DNA from: an uncultured Nitrosopumilales archaeon
GTDB lineage: Archaea > Thermoproteota > Nitrososphaeria > Nitrososphaerales > Gagatemarchaeaceae
Assembly: GCA_964486265.1 (NCBI GenBank)
Contig: CAZAMW010000002.1
Location: 1 to 30,017 of the forward strand
Reading direction: 5' to 3'
Length of the DNA: 30,017 nt
Shown: in pieces, positions 11,471 through 20,252 of the stretch
How the letters are laid out: each line of letters opens with the position of its first letter
Position numbering within the stretch: the first letter of the stretch is position 1
Program-made: the position numbers and the translations under genes
The notes under the pieces: generated by a model
Database searches by the model: none
What the model was told of the DNA's origin: nothing
The model's input: the letters and a program-made list of their open reading frames with translations, nothing else

Positions 11471-12859
11471 GTGGTCATGCGGGAGACTGGGATGTACATC
11501 AAGAACGCGCCTGTACTCGTTCGGAACGGAAAGAGCGACGTCGAGAGGCGGGCCAGGCGTCTCTGCCTTGATGCCATAGAGGCGGCGCTTAGTGCTGTAG
11601 AACCATCAAAGCTGGTCAAGTCTAAGGTGCGGGTCAAAGAAGGGAAGCTAATCGCTGATGGCAACAAGATTGATTTGACGAAGTTCAAGAAAGTCTTCGT
11701 CATAGGCGGAGGAAAAGCAGCGCTGCAGATGTCTGAGACCTTGGAATCGATTTTGGGCGACAGGATAGACGGAGGTGTCGTGAATGTCCTGGAGTCCCAG
11801 CTAGCCCCCGGGAATGGTCGACGTATCAGGTTGCATGGAGCAACTCATCCTTTGCCGAGCGCTATGGGGGAAGAAGGAGTCATGGAGATGCTGGAGATGG
11901 TTGGTAGACCGGACCGTGAGACCCTGGTGGTCTGCCTCGTCTCGGGAGGTGGGTCGGCCATGCTGCCACTCCCGGGGGAAGGGGTGAGCCTCTCCGACAA
12001 GGTACAAGTGACGCAGGGCCTTCTTCGGGCAGGAGCGACAATCCAGGAGCTGAACGTGGTCAGAAAGCATCTCTCGGCAATAAAGGGAGGCCGCTTGGCC
12101 CAAAAGCTCTATCCCAGTGTCGTGCTCTCACTCGTAATCTCCGACGTTGTAGGAAATAAGCTGGACTCAGTAGCATCAGGACCGCTCTATCCGGACCCTT
12201 CCACATTCAAGGATGCAGAACGGATTTTGAAGAAATACCGATTGTGGACGACGACGCCCCGGAGGGTGGAGCGCATGATTCAAGATGGTACAGACGGGAA
12301 GATTCCTGAGACCCCGAAACCCGGTTCGAAGTATTTTGAAAGGGTCATCAATGTGATTGTGGGCAGCAACGAGGACGCTTGCAACGCTGCATCGAGATAT
12401 TTCAGCCGCGTGGGATGTAGGTCGACCGTCCTGACCACGAGCTACGAGGGCGAGGCACGTTCTGCAGGAATCTTCATGGGCTCTGTGGTCCAGCATGGCG
12501 GCGCTGGCAGACGTCCCATTAGCTACATCGCAGGAGGGGAAACGACCGTGGTGGTGAAGGGGAGTGGCAAAGGGGGCCGAAATCAGGAGTTCGCTCTTGG
12601 AGCGTCGATGAAAATCGCTGGAAACGGAGGAATTGCACTCGTCTCGCTGGGGACCGATGGGTTGGACGGTCCCACGAACGCGGCAGGCGGTATCGTGGAC
12701 GGTTTCACGGTCTCCAGAGCTACCATCAAAGGTCTTCCAGTCGAGGATTCGTTACTGCGAAACGATAGCTATAGGTTCCTCGAGGAACTCGGGGACCTCG
12801 TCATCACAGGGCCAACCGGTACCAATGTGAACGACATCGTCGTGGCGGTAGCCGTCTAA
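11471..12859 (+). CDS. Glycerate 2-kinase (DUF4147/MOFRL family)
   Basis: IGGGKAA, ATHPLP, VSGGGSA, RKHLSAIKGG, ISDVVG, GGETTV, GGRNQE, GTDGLDGPT and TGPTGTNVND. Confidence 0.92.
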   Translation: MVMRETGMYIKNAPVLVRNGKSDVERRARRLCLDAIEAALSAVEPSKLVKSKVRVKEGKLIADGNKIDLTKFKKVFVIGGGKAALQMSETLESILGDRIDGGVVNVLESQLAPGNGRRIRLHGATHPLPSAMGEEGVMEMLEMVGRPDRETLVVCLVSGGGSAMLPLPGEGVSLSDKVQVTQGLLRAGATIQELNVVRKHLSAIKGGRLAQKLYPSVVLSLVISDVVGNKLDSVASGPLYPDPSTFKDAERILKKYRLWTTTPRRVERMIQDGTDGKIPETPKPGSKYFERVINVIVGSNEDACNAASRYFSRVGCRSTVLTTSYEGEARSAGIFMGSVVQHGGAGRRPISYIAGGETTVVVKGSGKGGRNQEFALGASMKIAGNGGIALVSLGTDGLDGPTNAAGGIVDGFTVSRATIKGLPVEDSLLRNDSYRFLEELGDLVITGPTGTNVNDIVVAVAV

Positions 12860-13554
12860 CCGACAGTTGTGCCCACCTTCTCCCTGTTGACCGCGCGTAT
12901 GACGTTCTCGGGTCTTGCTCCGTTGACTACGACCAGTTTGAGCCTGTTCTCTGCTATCCGTTGTACCGCAACAGGATCTATGATGCTGTGGATGCCAGGC
13001 GAGTGTTTCCCACCGAGTATCTCGACAAGCCTCTCGTATGATACCGTGCGCAAGAGCTTTGCACCGGGATGACTGCGCGGGTCGGCGTCGTAGATCCCCT
13101 CCTGGTCTGATGCCTTTACGATTAGGTCTGACTTCCACGCTTCGGCGACGAGGGTAGCCACGGTATCGGTCGTGATTCCAGGTTTCAACCCTCCCATCAC
13201 CGCGATGTGATTCTTCTCTGCCTTAGAGACCGCCCCCCTTAAGGTAACTGCGACATCATTGGTGCCGAGTGCCATACCGACAAGCCTCGCGTTGAGGCGT
13301 GAAGCCTGAATGGCGATGAGGTCTTGAGTCTTGGGAGGCAGGTCCATTCTCCTCGCCGTATCGATATACTGTCTGGCGGTGGCACCTCCGCCAATGACCA
13401 GCACGACGTTGTGCCCTTGCTTCAGGACCTTCGATATCACGTTGGAGTAGCGTTTCACCACTTCGGGGTCGAGTGGGGAGCCCAGAATCGAGCCACCCAG
13501 CCGCACGACTATCTTCAGAGCAATCGACCTGACAATCTGTGTCCGTTTCAACAT
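12856..13554 (-). CDS. pyrH: UMP kinase
   Basis: IVVRLGGS, VIGGGATAR, MGGLKPGITTD, GIYDADPR and IIDPVA, typical of archaeal PyrH. The exact start is uncertain. Confidence 0.92.
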   Translation of the reverse strand: MLKRTQIVRSIALKIVVRLGGSILGSPLDPEVVKRYSNVISKVLKQGHNVVLVIGGGATARQYIDTARRMDLPPKTQDLIAIQASRLNARLVGMALGTNDVAVTLRGAVSKAEKNHIAVMGGLKPGITTDTVATLVAEAWKSDLIVKASDQEGIYDADPRSHPGAKLLRTVSYERLVEILGGKHSPGIHSIIDPVAVQRIAENRLKLVVVNGARPENVIRAVNREKVGTTVG

Positions 13555-13662
13555 AATGATAGTTCTTATAAAGCAGAGGTGGGCAAAATTGCCCGTCCGT
13601 GACAGCCGTCTGTCCTACTTGCGATAGTAAGCACCTGAGCTGACCCAGAGGTTACCATAGTC

Positions 13663-16428
13663 ATGATTAGCAAGGCTGACTCTGTCAGGTTATACAAGAT
13701 AAGAAAGGCAATCTCAGAACTATCGAGCAAGGAAGGGCGAGGTACGGAACTGGTCTCACTTTACATCCCTCCGAAGAAGCCCGTACACGAAGTAATAGCC
13801 TATCTTAGGAACGAGTGGGGTACTGCCGGGAACATCAAGTCCGACACGACCAGGAATCACGTTCAGGATGCGCTCACAAAGACCATGCAGCGGCTCAAGT
13901 TGTATAGGGAAACGCCTGAGAATGGGCTTGTGATCTTCTCGGGCGCGCTTCCCACGAATGGTCCAGGTAGCGAGGTGATTAGGCTGAACGAAATCGTCCC
14001 ACCCAAGCCCGTCAACACCTTCCTCTACATGTGCCTAGCGCCCGAAACGAAGGTCCTGATGGATGATGGTAGTCAAAAGAGCATGGAGGAGCTTAAGAGT
14101 TCTTGGAAGGATGAAAGAGTGATGTCCTGGAATGCCAACGAGCACGAGCTTCAGGGCAGCATCGTCCGGGACTACCTCCGTATTCCAGCAGGTGACCGAA
14201 AGACATACCGACTGACCGTCGAAAGCGGCAGGAGTATACTGGGAACCGAGGATCATCCCTTCTGGACGGCAAGAGGCTGGGTCAGGCTGGGGCAACTGAG
14301 GAAGGACGACCTCGTCTGTTTGATGCCCGTTGCTGACCTAACAGCCTCCACAGGTGCGCATGAACCAAAGCAGAGGCGCGTGCTTCTCGACGAGGAGTCC
14401 ATACGAAGAGCATCTCATTCTTCCAAGAACGTTGGTCTGGTGATCAGGAGGCTGAAGAAGCAAGGGCTTCTTCCGCTATACACAGATGATCCACGGCTCG
14501 CGATAATCACCAGAATACTCGGGCACCTCTTTAGCGACGGTTCGTTCTATCTCACCGCCGAGAAGAGACGCAGCGGCCCGTATTCTTCGCATGTCTTCGA
14601 CTTTTGTCTTGGAAGCAAGTCCGATGAGGACGAACTCCGCACCGACTTTGCGAAGCTTGGTCGAAAGCTGCCCGCGGGTTTCGAGACTGCCCACAAAATA
14701 AACGTCGAAGGTAGGTCTTACCTCACCCGTACGAGGCACGTGAAACTGCGAGATACAGCAATGGCTGCCTTGTTCAGCGCTCTCGGAGCCCCGGTTGGGG
14801 ACAAAGCGAAGAGGGGAGCGGAGGTCCCATCGTGGTTGGCTGGAAGCTCTCCCGACGTCCTACGGGAGTTCCTGGCCGCATACTTTGGAGGCGATGGGAC
14901 AGTTCCAAGGATTGTTGGCCGGAATCTCGTCAGTCAATCGAGCGTGGGATTCCATAGGGTCATCCAGAAGAAGAGCTCGGGACTGAAGTTTGCGGAGCAG
15001 CTCACTTCCATCTTCTCAAAGCTCGGCATCGCCATCGACGGAATCGATTGTAAACCCGGATACATACGCAAGGATGGCGACCTGACAGTGGAGATTCGCC
15101 TTCGCATTACCATGTCCGAGGGGAACATCCTGAAGCTCTGTCACGGAGTTGGAATCAGATACTGTTCGAGGAAGGCCCTGACCTCTACGCTGGTGGGCGA
15201 GTATCTTCGGATTAAATCCCGAGTGCGCCAGCGGAATAGGGAGAAGGCGGCTATGGCGAAGCGTCTCCGAGAAGATGAGCTGCAGGTCAAGCAGATTGGT
15301 GAATTGCTGGCATCGCCCAACAGGACGGTGACGAATTGGATTCGAGGCACGACTGGTTCGCAGCTCGTAAAGGCCAGTCAGATGCCGACATTCGAGGAAT
15401 GGGCCAGGGTGGCGAGGACGGGTCTGCAGGAGCCTCTGCTGTGGGAAAGCGTGGTGTCAATCGAAAGCGAACAAATCAAGGACGTCAGAGACCTCATGGT
15501 CGACTCCGAAGGGCACAATTTCTTCGCCAATGGTTTCCTCGTCCACAACTGCGACGACCACTTCCACGTAGAGTACCTGCGCGACATGCTGAAGGCCGAG
15601 AAGGTCTACGGCATCCTCGCCCTCGACTCGAACGACGTGGGCATCGGAATCCTCGCCGGTGACAGGCTGGACATCGAGGACGTCATGACATCAGGCATCT
15701 CGGGCAAGACGAGGAAGGGAGGTCAGAGCGCCAGGAGGTACGAACGTGGACGCGAGATGGAGCTCACATACTTCTTTAACAGGGTCTCCGAGCACGTGAC
15801 CAGGATATTCATCAACGACCACAAGGTGAACGGCATCATCGTGGGTGGTCCCGGTCCGACCAAAGACAACTTCCTGAAGGACGGATATCTGGACTACCGT
15901 CTGCAGAACAACATCATCGAGGTCATCGACACCTCCTACGGCGGACGGGAGGGTGTACGGGAGATAGTCGAGAAGGCGGCGGACAAGCTCGAGAACGTAA
16001 GGCTGCTCGAGGAGAAGAAGCTCGTACAGAAGTTCCTCGGAGAGGTGAACCGGACGAACGGTCTCGCCGTCTATGGGCTCCCAAGGATAGTTGACGCCCT
16101 AAGTCGAAGCAATATCGACGTCATCCTGCTCTCGGACGACATCAACACGACCAAGGTCAAGATGACCTGCAAGAAGTGTCAGACGGTCAAGGAGAAGATC
16201 GTGGAGAACAGCAAGAGAATCAAGGTTACGCAGGAGATGCTCGCGGAGCCCTGCGCCAGCTGCGGCTCGACCGATTATGAGCTGGAGGAGGAGGATATCG
16301 TCGACGTGCTCGAGGAGAAGGCGATACAGATCGGCGCCAAGGTGGAGATGATATCCTCCGGGACCGAGGAAGGGATGATGCTTAAGTCATTCGGTGGTGC
16401 GGCGGGCTTCCTAAGGTACAAGATTTAG
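13663..16428 (+). CDS. prf1: Peptide chain release factor aRF1, intein-containing precursor (921 aa; 415 aa after splicing)
   Basis: GTELVSLYIPP, NIKS, GGQSARR, GPGPTK, YGGREG, C-domain Zn ribbon (CKKC/CASC) and FGGAAGFLRY. The YxCxxxF motif is restored by removing residues 124-629. Confidence 0.97.
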   Translation: MISKADSVRLYKIRKAISELSSKEGRGTELVSLYIPPKKPVHEVIAYLRNEWGTAGNIKSDTTRNHVQDALTKTMQRLKLYRETPENGLVIFSGALPTNGPGSEVIRLNEIVPPKPVNTFLYMCLAPETKVLMDDGSQKSMEELKSSWKDERVMSWNANEHELQGSIVRDYLRIPAGDRKTYRLTVESGRSILGTEDHPFWTARGWVRLGQLRKDDLVCLMPVADLTASTGAHEPKQRRVLLDEESIRRASHSSKNVGLVIRRLKKQGLLPLYTDDPRLAIITRILGHLFSDGSFYLTAEKRRSGPYSSHVFDFCLGSKSDEDELRTDFAKLGRKLPAGFETAHKINVEGRSYLTRTRHVKLRDTAMAALFSALGAPVGDKAKRGAEVPSWLAGSSPDVLREFLAAYFGGDGTVPRIVGRNLVSQSSVGFHRVIQKKSSGLKFAEQLTSIFSKLGIAIDGIDCKPGYIRKDGDLTVEIRLRITMSEGNILKLCHGVGIRYCSRKALTSTLVGEYLRIKSRVRQRNREKAAMAKRLREDELQVKQIGELLASPNRTVTNWIRGTTGSQLVKASQMPTFEEWARVARTGLQEPLLWESVVSIESEQIKDVRDLMVDSEGHNFFANGFLVHNCDDHFHVEYLRDMLKAEKVYGILALDSNDVGIGILAGDRLDIEDVMTSGISGKTRKGGQSARRYERGREMELTYFFNRVSEHVTRIFINDHKVNGIIVGGPGPTKDNFLKDGYLDYRLQNNIIEVIDTSYGGREGVREIVEKAADKLENVRLLEEKKLVQKFLGEVNRTNGLAVYGLPRIVDALSRSNIDVILLSDDINTTKVKMTCKKCQTVKEKIVENSKRIKVTQEMLAEPCASCGSTDYELEEEDIVDVLEEKAIQIGAKVEMISSGTEEGMMLKSFGGAAGFLRYKI
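14032..15549 (+). mobile_element. Class 1 intein with LAGLIDADG homing endonuclease and an HTH-like segment (506 aa)
   Basis: Block A CLAPETKVLMDDG, block B GTEDHPF, block C LGHLFSDGS, block E FLAAYFGGDG, blocks F/G VRDLMVD..HNFFANGFLVHN, then +1 Cys. Confidence 0.97.
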
Positions 16429-16479
16429 TCCATCTCCTTCAACTATAAGTAGAACATCAGAGTAGTTAGATCGGGTCCT

Positions 16480-17697
16480 ATGGTTATTCGTATCGGGTTA
16501 ATCGGGAAGACGAATGCTGGGAAGACTACATTATTCAATTCTATGACACTGCAGACGGCTGAGATTTCCAACTATCCCTTCACGACCAAGTCTCCGAACG
16601 AAGGTATCGCTCAAGCGGTGACCCTGTGCGTTCACAAGGAGTTCTCGGTCCAGGACAATCCCAAGAACTCACGGTGTGAGGATGGTTGGCGCTTCATCCC
16701 GATTGAGGTCACGGACCTGCCCGGGCTGATAAAGGGCGCTTGGATGGGTAAGGGGTTGGGGAACCAGTTCCTTTCGGTCGCGGCCCAGTCGGACGCGCTG
16801 CTGCACGTGGTGGATGCTTCGGGTAGTGTCGACAAGGACGGAAGGGTGACGGAGGCGGGTACTGGTGACCCGCTTGCAGATGTCGCTGATGTGGAACTGG
16901 AGCTGGTGCTTTGGTACACCAAACTCTTCACTAGCAACGTAGGCAAGATTGGAAAGCTGGCCAAGCTGCAGGGCTCCGACCTGCCCACCGCCGTAGCGGA
17001 GGTCATGCAGGGGATAGGGGTCCAGAGAGAGCACGTCGTGTATGCGTCGAAGGAGGCCCTTCTGGAGGGGAAGGATGTAGAGAACTGGACCGAGAAGGAG
17101 ACCCAGAACTTCTGCTGGATCCTAAGAGATGTGTCGAAGCCCACCCTTATCATCGCCAATAAGATGGACCTGCCCAATGCAGCAGAGAACTTTCAGAAGC
17201 TCAGAGAGCAGTACAAGGACCTAATCGTAGTTCCTACCAGCGGAGAGGCGGAACTATCTCTGAGAAGGGCTGAACAGAAGGGCCTGATCAAATATGTTCC
17301 GGGGGAAGAAAGGTTTGACGTCATAAAGCCGCAGGAGTTGAGCGACGCGCAACGTACGGCCTTGGCCTACATCAGGAGGAAGGTTTTCGGAGAGTATCTA
17401 CGGACCGGCGTACAGTTCGCACTGAGCATAATGGTGTTCAAACTGCTAAAGATGAACGCCGTCTACCCAGTCGCTGATCCCGAGAAGCTTACCGATAAAA
17501 TCGGGAACGTCCTACCGGACGTATACCTGCTGCCAGCGGGCTCCACGCTCGACGACCTGGCTAGGACAGTCCACACAGACCTTCACAAGGGGTTGCTCTA
17601 CGCCGTCGACGTCAGGACGGGTGTCCATCTCCCGACCGACTACGTGCTGAGGGACAGAGACGTGTTGTCCATAGTCTCCACCGCCAGAAGAGGGTAG
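16480..17697 (+). CDS. ychF: Obg-family translation-associated GTPase (archaeal YchF/Ygr210-like) with TGS domain
   Basis: GKTNAGKTT, NYPFTT, DLPGLIKGA..GKGLGNQFL, ANKMD and C-terminal TGS (ARTVHTDL). Confidence 0.9.
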   Translation: MVIRIGLIGKTNAGKTTLFNSMTLQTAEISNYPFTTKSPNEGIAQAVTLCVHKEFSVQDNPKNSRCEDGWRFIPIEVTDLPGLIKGAWMGKGLGNQFLSVAAQSDALLHVVDASGSVDKDGRVTEAGTGDPLADVADVELELVLWYTKLFTSNVGKIGKLAKLQGSDLPTAVAEVMQGIGVQREHVVYASKEALLEGKDVENWTEKETQNFCWILRDVSKPTLIIANKMDLPNAAENFQKLREQYKDLIVVPTSGEAELSLRRAEQKGLIKYVPGEERFDVIKPQELSDAQRTALAYIRRKVFGEYLRTGVQFALSIMVFKLLKMNAVYPVADPEKLTDKIGNVLPDVYLLPAGSTLDDLARTVHTDLHKGLLYAVDVRTGVHLPTDYVLRDRDVLSIVSTARRG

Positions 17698-17700
17698 GGC

Positions 17701-18675
17701 TTGTCGCAAGAAGAACCGGCGCTTTCTCAACTGATGGTGAGATATCCGTTCACGCCGAGCTCAAGGCTCTTCTTCGACAAACTGCCGATAGAGGAGAGCT
17801 TCTCCAGTCCGGAAGTCCTGAGGCAGAGTGAGAACAGGTTACTGGGAGCCATAAAGAGGCAGAGATACGAGAAGCATCTCTCCGAGCTCATCGAGTTCTC
17901 GAGTTTCTTTGTCGGCGCGCTGATTGCAAGCCAGGACCAGTTTCTCGGGCAGAAGTTCGCGGAGACGGAGAGCTTGACTGCGAAGGGACTCTTCGCAGAG
18001 GAGAAACTCCAAGACAAGCTGGCAATCTTGAGGGAGTGCTTCGAAACAAGACTCTCCCGTTCGGAGATTACTCCCTACGTTTGCAGTATCCCCGTCGTAG
18101 ACTATCTGCGGGCTACGACCAAGTTTGAGCTAAAATCTCAAGCCTGGAAGCTCGTAAACCGTCCTCTTGCAGAGGGGCTGGTCTATTTCACGGAAAATGA
18201 TGTAAACGACTTCTTCAAAAGTCTCTCGGAGAAGATGATCTATAGTGGAGTGAAGAACCTCCGCAAGGTAGCGTTCCCGAAGCAACTGTCCGGTATCCGC
18301 GAGAGGATTGTCCCATATCTTCCGCCACAGAAGGTCAGGTCGAACCGTGGGTACGTGTACATAGAGGAGCTGCTCAATCATCCCGTCTCAGATGGAAGAC
18401 ATAGGTTGACGTGGCTCGTACTTGCGCCCTATCTCGTGAACGTGAAGAAAATGGAAGAAAGTGAGGCGGTGGAGAGGATACGAGGCTTCGTCGCAGCGAA
18501 GGGGGAAATGAGCTCGATGAAACGCTTCATAGAGTATAATGTAAAGAGGGCGAAGAGGAACGGTCTAATGCCTCCGACGCTCGTGAAGCTCAGAACCGAA
18601 CATCCAGACATCTACGCTCTGCTCCCAAAGGAAATCGTCCAGCGATACAGGCAGGGACCTGAAGCCAAGTCCTGA
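17701..18675 (+). CDS. priL: DNA primase large subunit N-domain fused to a PriX-like C-terminal domain
   Basis: N-terminal RYPF and WKLVNRPLAEGLVY (PriL-N). C-terminal YIEELL..DGRHRL..YLVNVK..EA..GLMP resembles Sulfolobus PriX (recalled, not searched). Confidence 0.8.
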   Translation: MSQEEPALSQLMVRYPFTPSSRLFFDKLPIEESFSSPEVLRQSENRLLGAIKRQRYEKHLSELIEFSSFFVGALIASQDQFLGQKFAETESLTAKGLFAEEKLQDKLAILRECFETRLSRSEITPYVCSIPVVDYLRATTKFELKSQAWKLVNRPLAEGLVYFTENDVNDFFKSLSEKMIYSGVKNLRKVAFPKQLSGIRERIVPYLPPQKVRSNRGYVYIEELLNHPVSDGRHRLTWLVLAPYLVNVKKMEESEAVERIRGFVAAKGEMSSMKRFIEYNVKRAKRNGLMPPTLVKLRTEHPDIYALLPKEIVQRYRQGPEAKS

Positions 18676-18756
18676 CTAGAACGGTTATAATCGACTCTGT
18701 AAGTCCGTCTTGCTGGCGGGTGAGTGGACCTCCACCCGTTCCGCCAATGAACCCCG

Positions 18757-19482
18757 GTGTTGGAGGAGAGAAAAACGCAAAGAACGGAGAGCGAGTTACC
18801 AATTTCGGAAGTGTTTCTCAGTGTGCAGGGCGAAGGAATTAACATAGGTACGCCCAGCGTCTTCCTAAGGACCTACTTCTGCAACCTCACCTGTACCTGG
18901 TGCGATACGAAGTACACTTGGCTGAACCAGGACCGGTCGAAAGTTGGAATCGACTACCAGTCGATGACAGCCGAGGAGATAGTAAGCAGAGTGATGAAAT
19001 TCGACTGCAAGAACTTGGTATTGACAGGCGGAGAACCACTCCTGCACCAAAAGCCCCTCTTGCCGGTCCTTTCGCGACTGAAGGAGTACGGTATGCACAT
19101 CGAGGTGGAGACGAACGGCACTGTAAAACCTGGCGAAGAGACGTTGGATATAGTGAATCTCTTTAATGTGTCTCCGAAGACGTCGAACAGTCTCGTAGAC
19201 AAGCGATTGAGATTGCGCCGCGGGGTCCTCGAGGCATTTGTGGCCTCGCAGAAGGCCTGGTTCAAGTTCGTCGTGCGTGATCAGGACGACCTCTTAGAGG
19301 TAGAAAGATTAATCTCGGATTTTTCGATGCCAGCTGAAAGAGTGATTCTGATGCCCGAAGGTATCAACTCCGTTGTCCTAATGGAGAGAGGTAGATGGTT
19401 GATAGAAATCTGCAAGGAGAAGGGTTTCCGATTCACACCACGTCTCCACATAATGCTCTTCGGCAACAGGAGGGGAGTTTGA
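18757..19482 (+). CDS. queE: 7-carboxy-7-deazaguanine synthase (radical SAM)
   Basis: SVQGEG, CNLTCTWCDT, LTGGEPLL, ETNGT, VSPK, LMPEG and FTPRLHIMLFG. Confidence 0.93.
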   Translation: MLEERKTQRTESELPISEVFLSVQGEGINIGTPSVFLRTYFCNLTCTWCDTKYTWLNQDRSKVGIDYQSMTAEEIVSRVMKFDCKNLVLTGGEPLLHQKPLLPVLSRLKEYGMHIEVETNGTVKPGEETLDIVNLFNVSPKTSNSLVDKRLRLRRGVLEAFVASQKAWFKFVVRDQDDLLEVERLISDFSMPAERVILMPEGINSVVLMERGRWLIEICKEKGFRFTPRLHIMLFGNRRGV

Positions 19483-20252
19483 TGAAGTCTGACCCTCGTT
19501 CAGCGGTCGTCTTGACGTCCGGCGGAGTCGACTCGGTAACCACTGCATTCTACGTCAAGCACAGACTCAGAGCTCCACAAATGATGCTGATATTCGCAGA
19601 CTACGGTCAGAGGACCTATGAGTATGAGGGCTTCTGCATCAAGGCGGTGGGCAAAATCCTGGGTACGCCGGTGAAACTCATTGACCTGAGCTGGCTGGGG
19701 AAGCTCAGCACGAGTGTCCTGACCAAACCGAAAGTGTCCATAACAGAGACAAAGGAAGAGGATCTCTGGAATCCTGATAAGGCCAAGCAGCGCATACTGA
19801 AATGGTGGGACGTAGTTCGCAATCTCCAGCTCATTACCGTCGGTCTCGCGCACGCGGAATCTATTGACCTGAATGAGTATCTCGCCAAAGGGCGCCGTAA
19901 TGTCTGGGACGTCCACATCGGAATCAGGAGGGAGACCCCAGTGGCCATGAAGGATAATACACCGGAATTTCTTGAACTGATGGACAAGGTCGCGCAACAA
20001 TCGACCCACTTCGGCGACTATCACGTTAAGGCACCCCTGATAACCTACGACAAGGACATGGTGGTCAAACTAGGCGAAGAACTCGGAGTCCCCTGGGAGT
20101 ACACCTACAGCTGCTATTCCGGATATGGGTTCAGAACGGTGAACGGCAGAAAGCTTCCCGTCCACTGCGGAACGTGTTCTAACTGCAAGAGACGGAAGCT
20201 GGCCTTTTCCGATTCAGGCGTGAAAGATCCTTCAATCTACGCGAAGCCGTGA
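19482..20252 (+). CDS. queC: 7-cyano-7-deazaguanine synthase (preQ0, archaeosine precursor)
   Basis: PP-loop LTSGGVDS, DYGQR, KDNTPEF, TYSCY and HCGTCSNCKRR. ATG overlaps the queE TGA by 1 nt, so the track start at 19395 is rejected. Confidence 0.92.
   Translation: MKSDPRSAVVLTSGGVDSVTTAFYVKHRLRAPQMMLIFADYGQRTYEYEGFCIKAVGKILGTPVKLIDLSWLGKLSTSVLTKPKVSITETKEEDLWNPDKAKQRILKWWDVVRNLQLITVGLAHAESIDLNEYLAKGRRNVWDVHIGIRRETPVAMKDNTPEFLELMDKVAQQSTHFGDYHVKAPLITYDKDMVVKLGEELGVPWEYTYSCYSGYGFRTVNGRKLPVHCGTCSNCKRRKLAFSDSGVKDPSIYAKP

Noticed and set aside
13598-13648. Possible C/D-box sRNA (GTGACA ... CTGA)
   Set aside because: The C box is poor and no D'/C' pair is recognisable; kept only as a structured leader.
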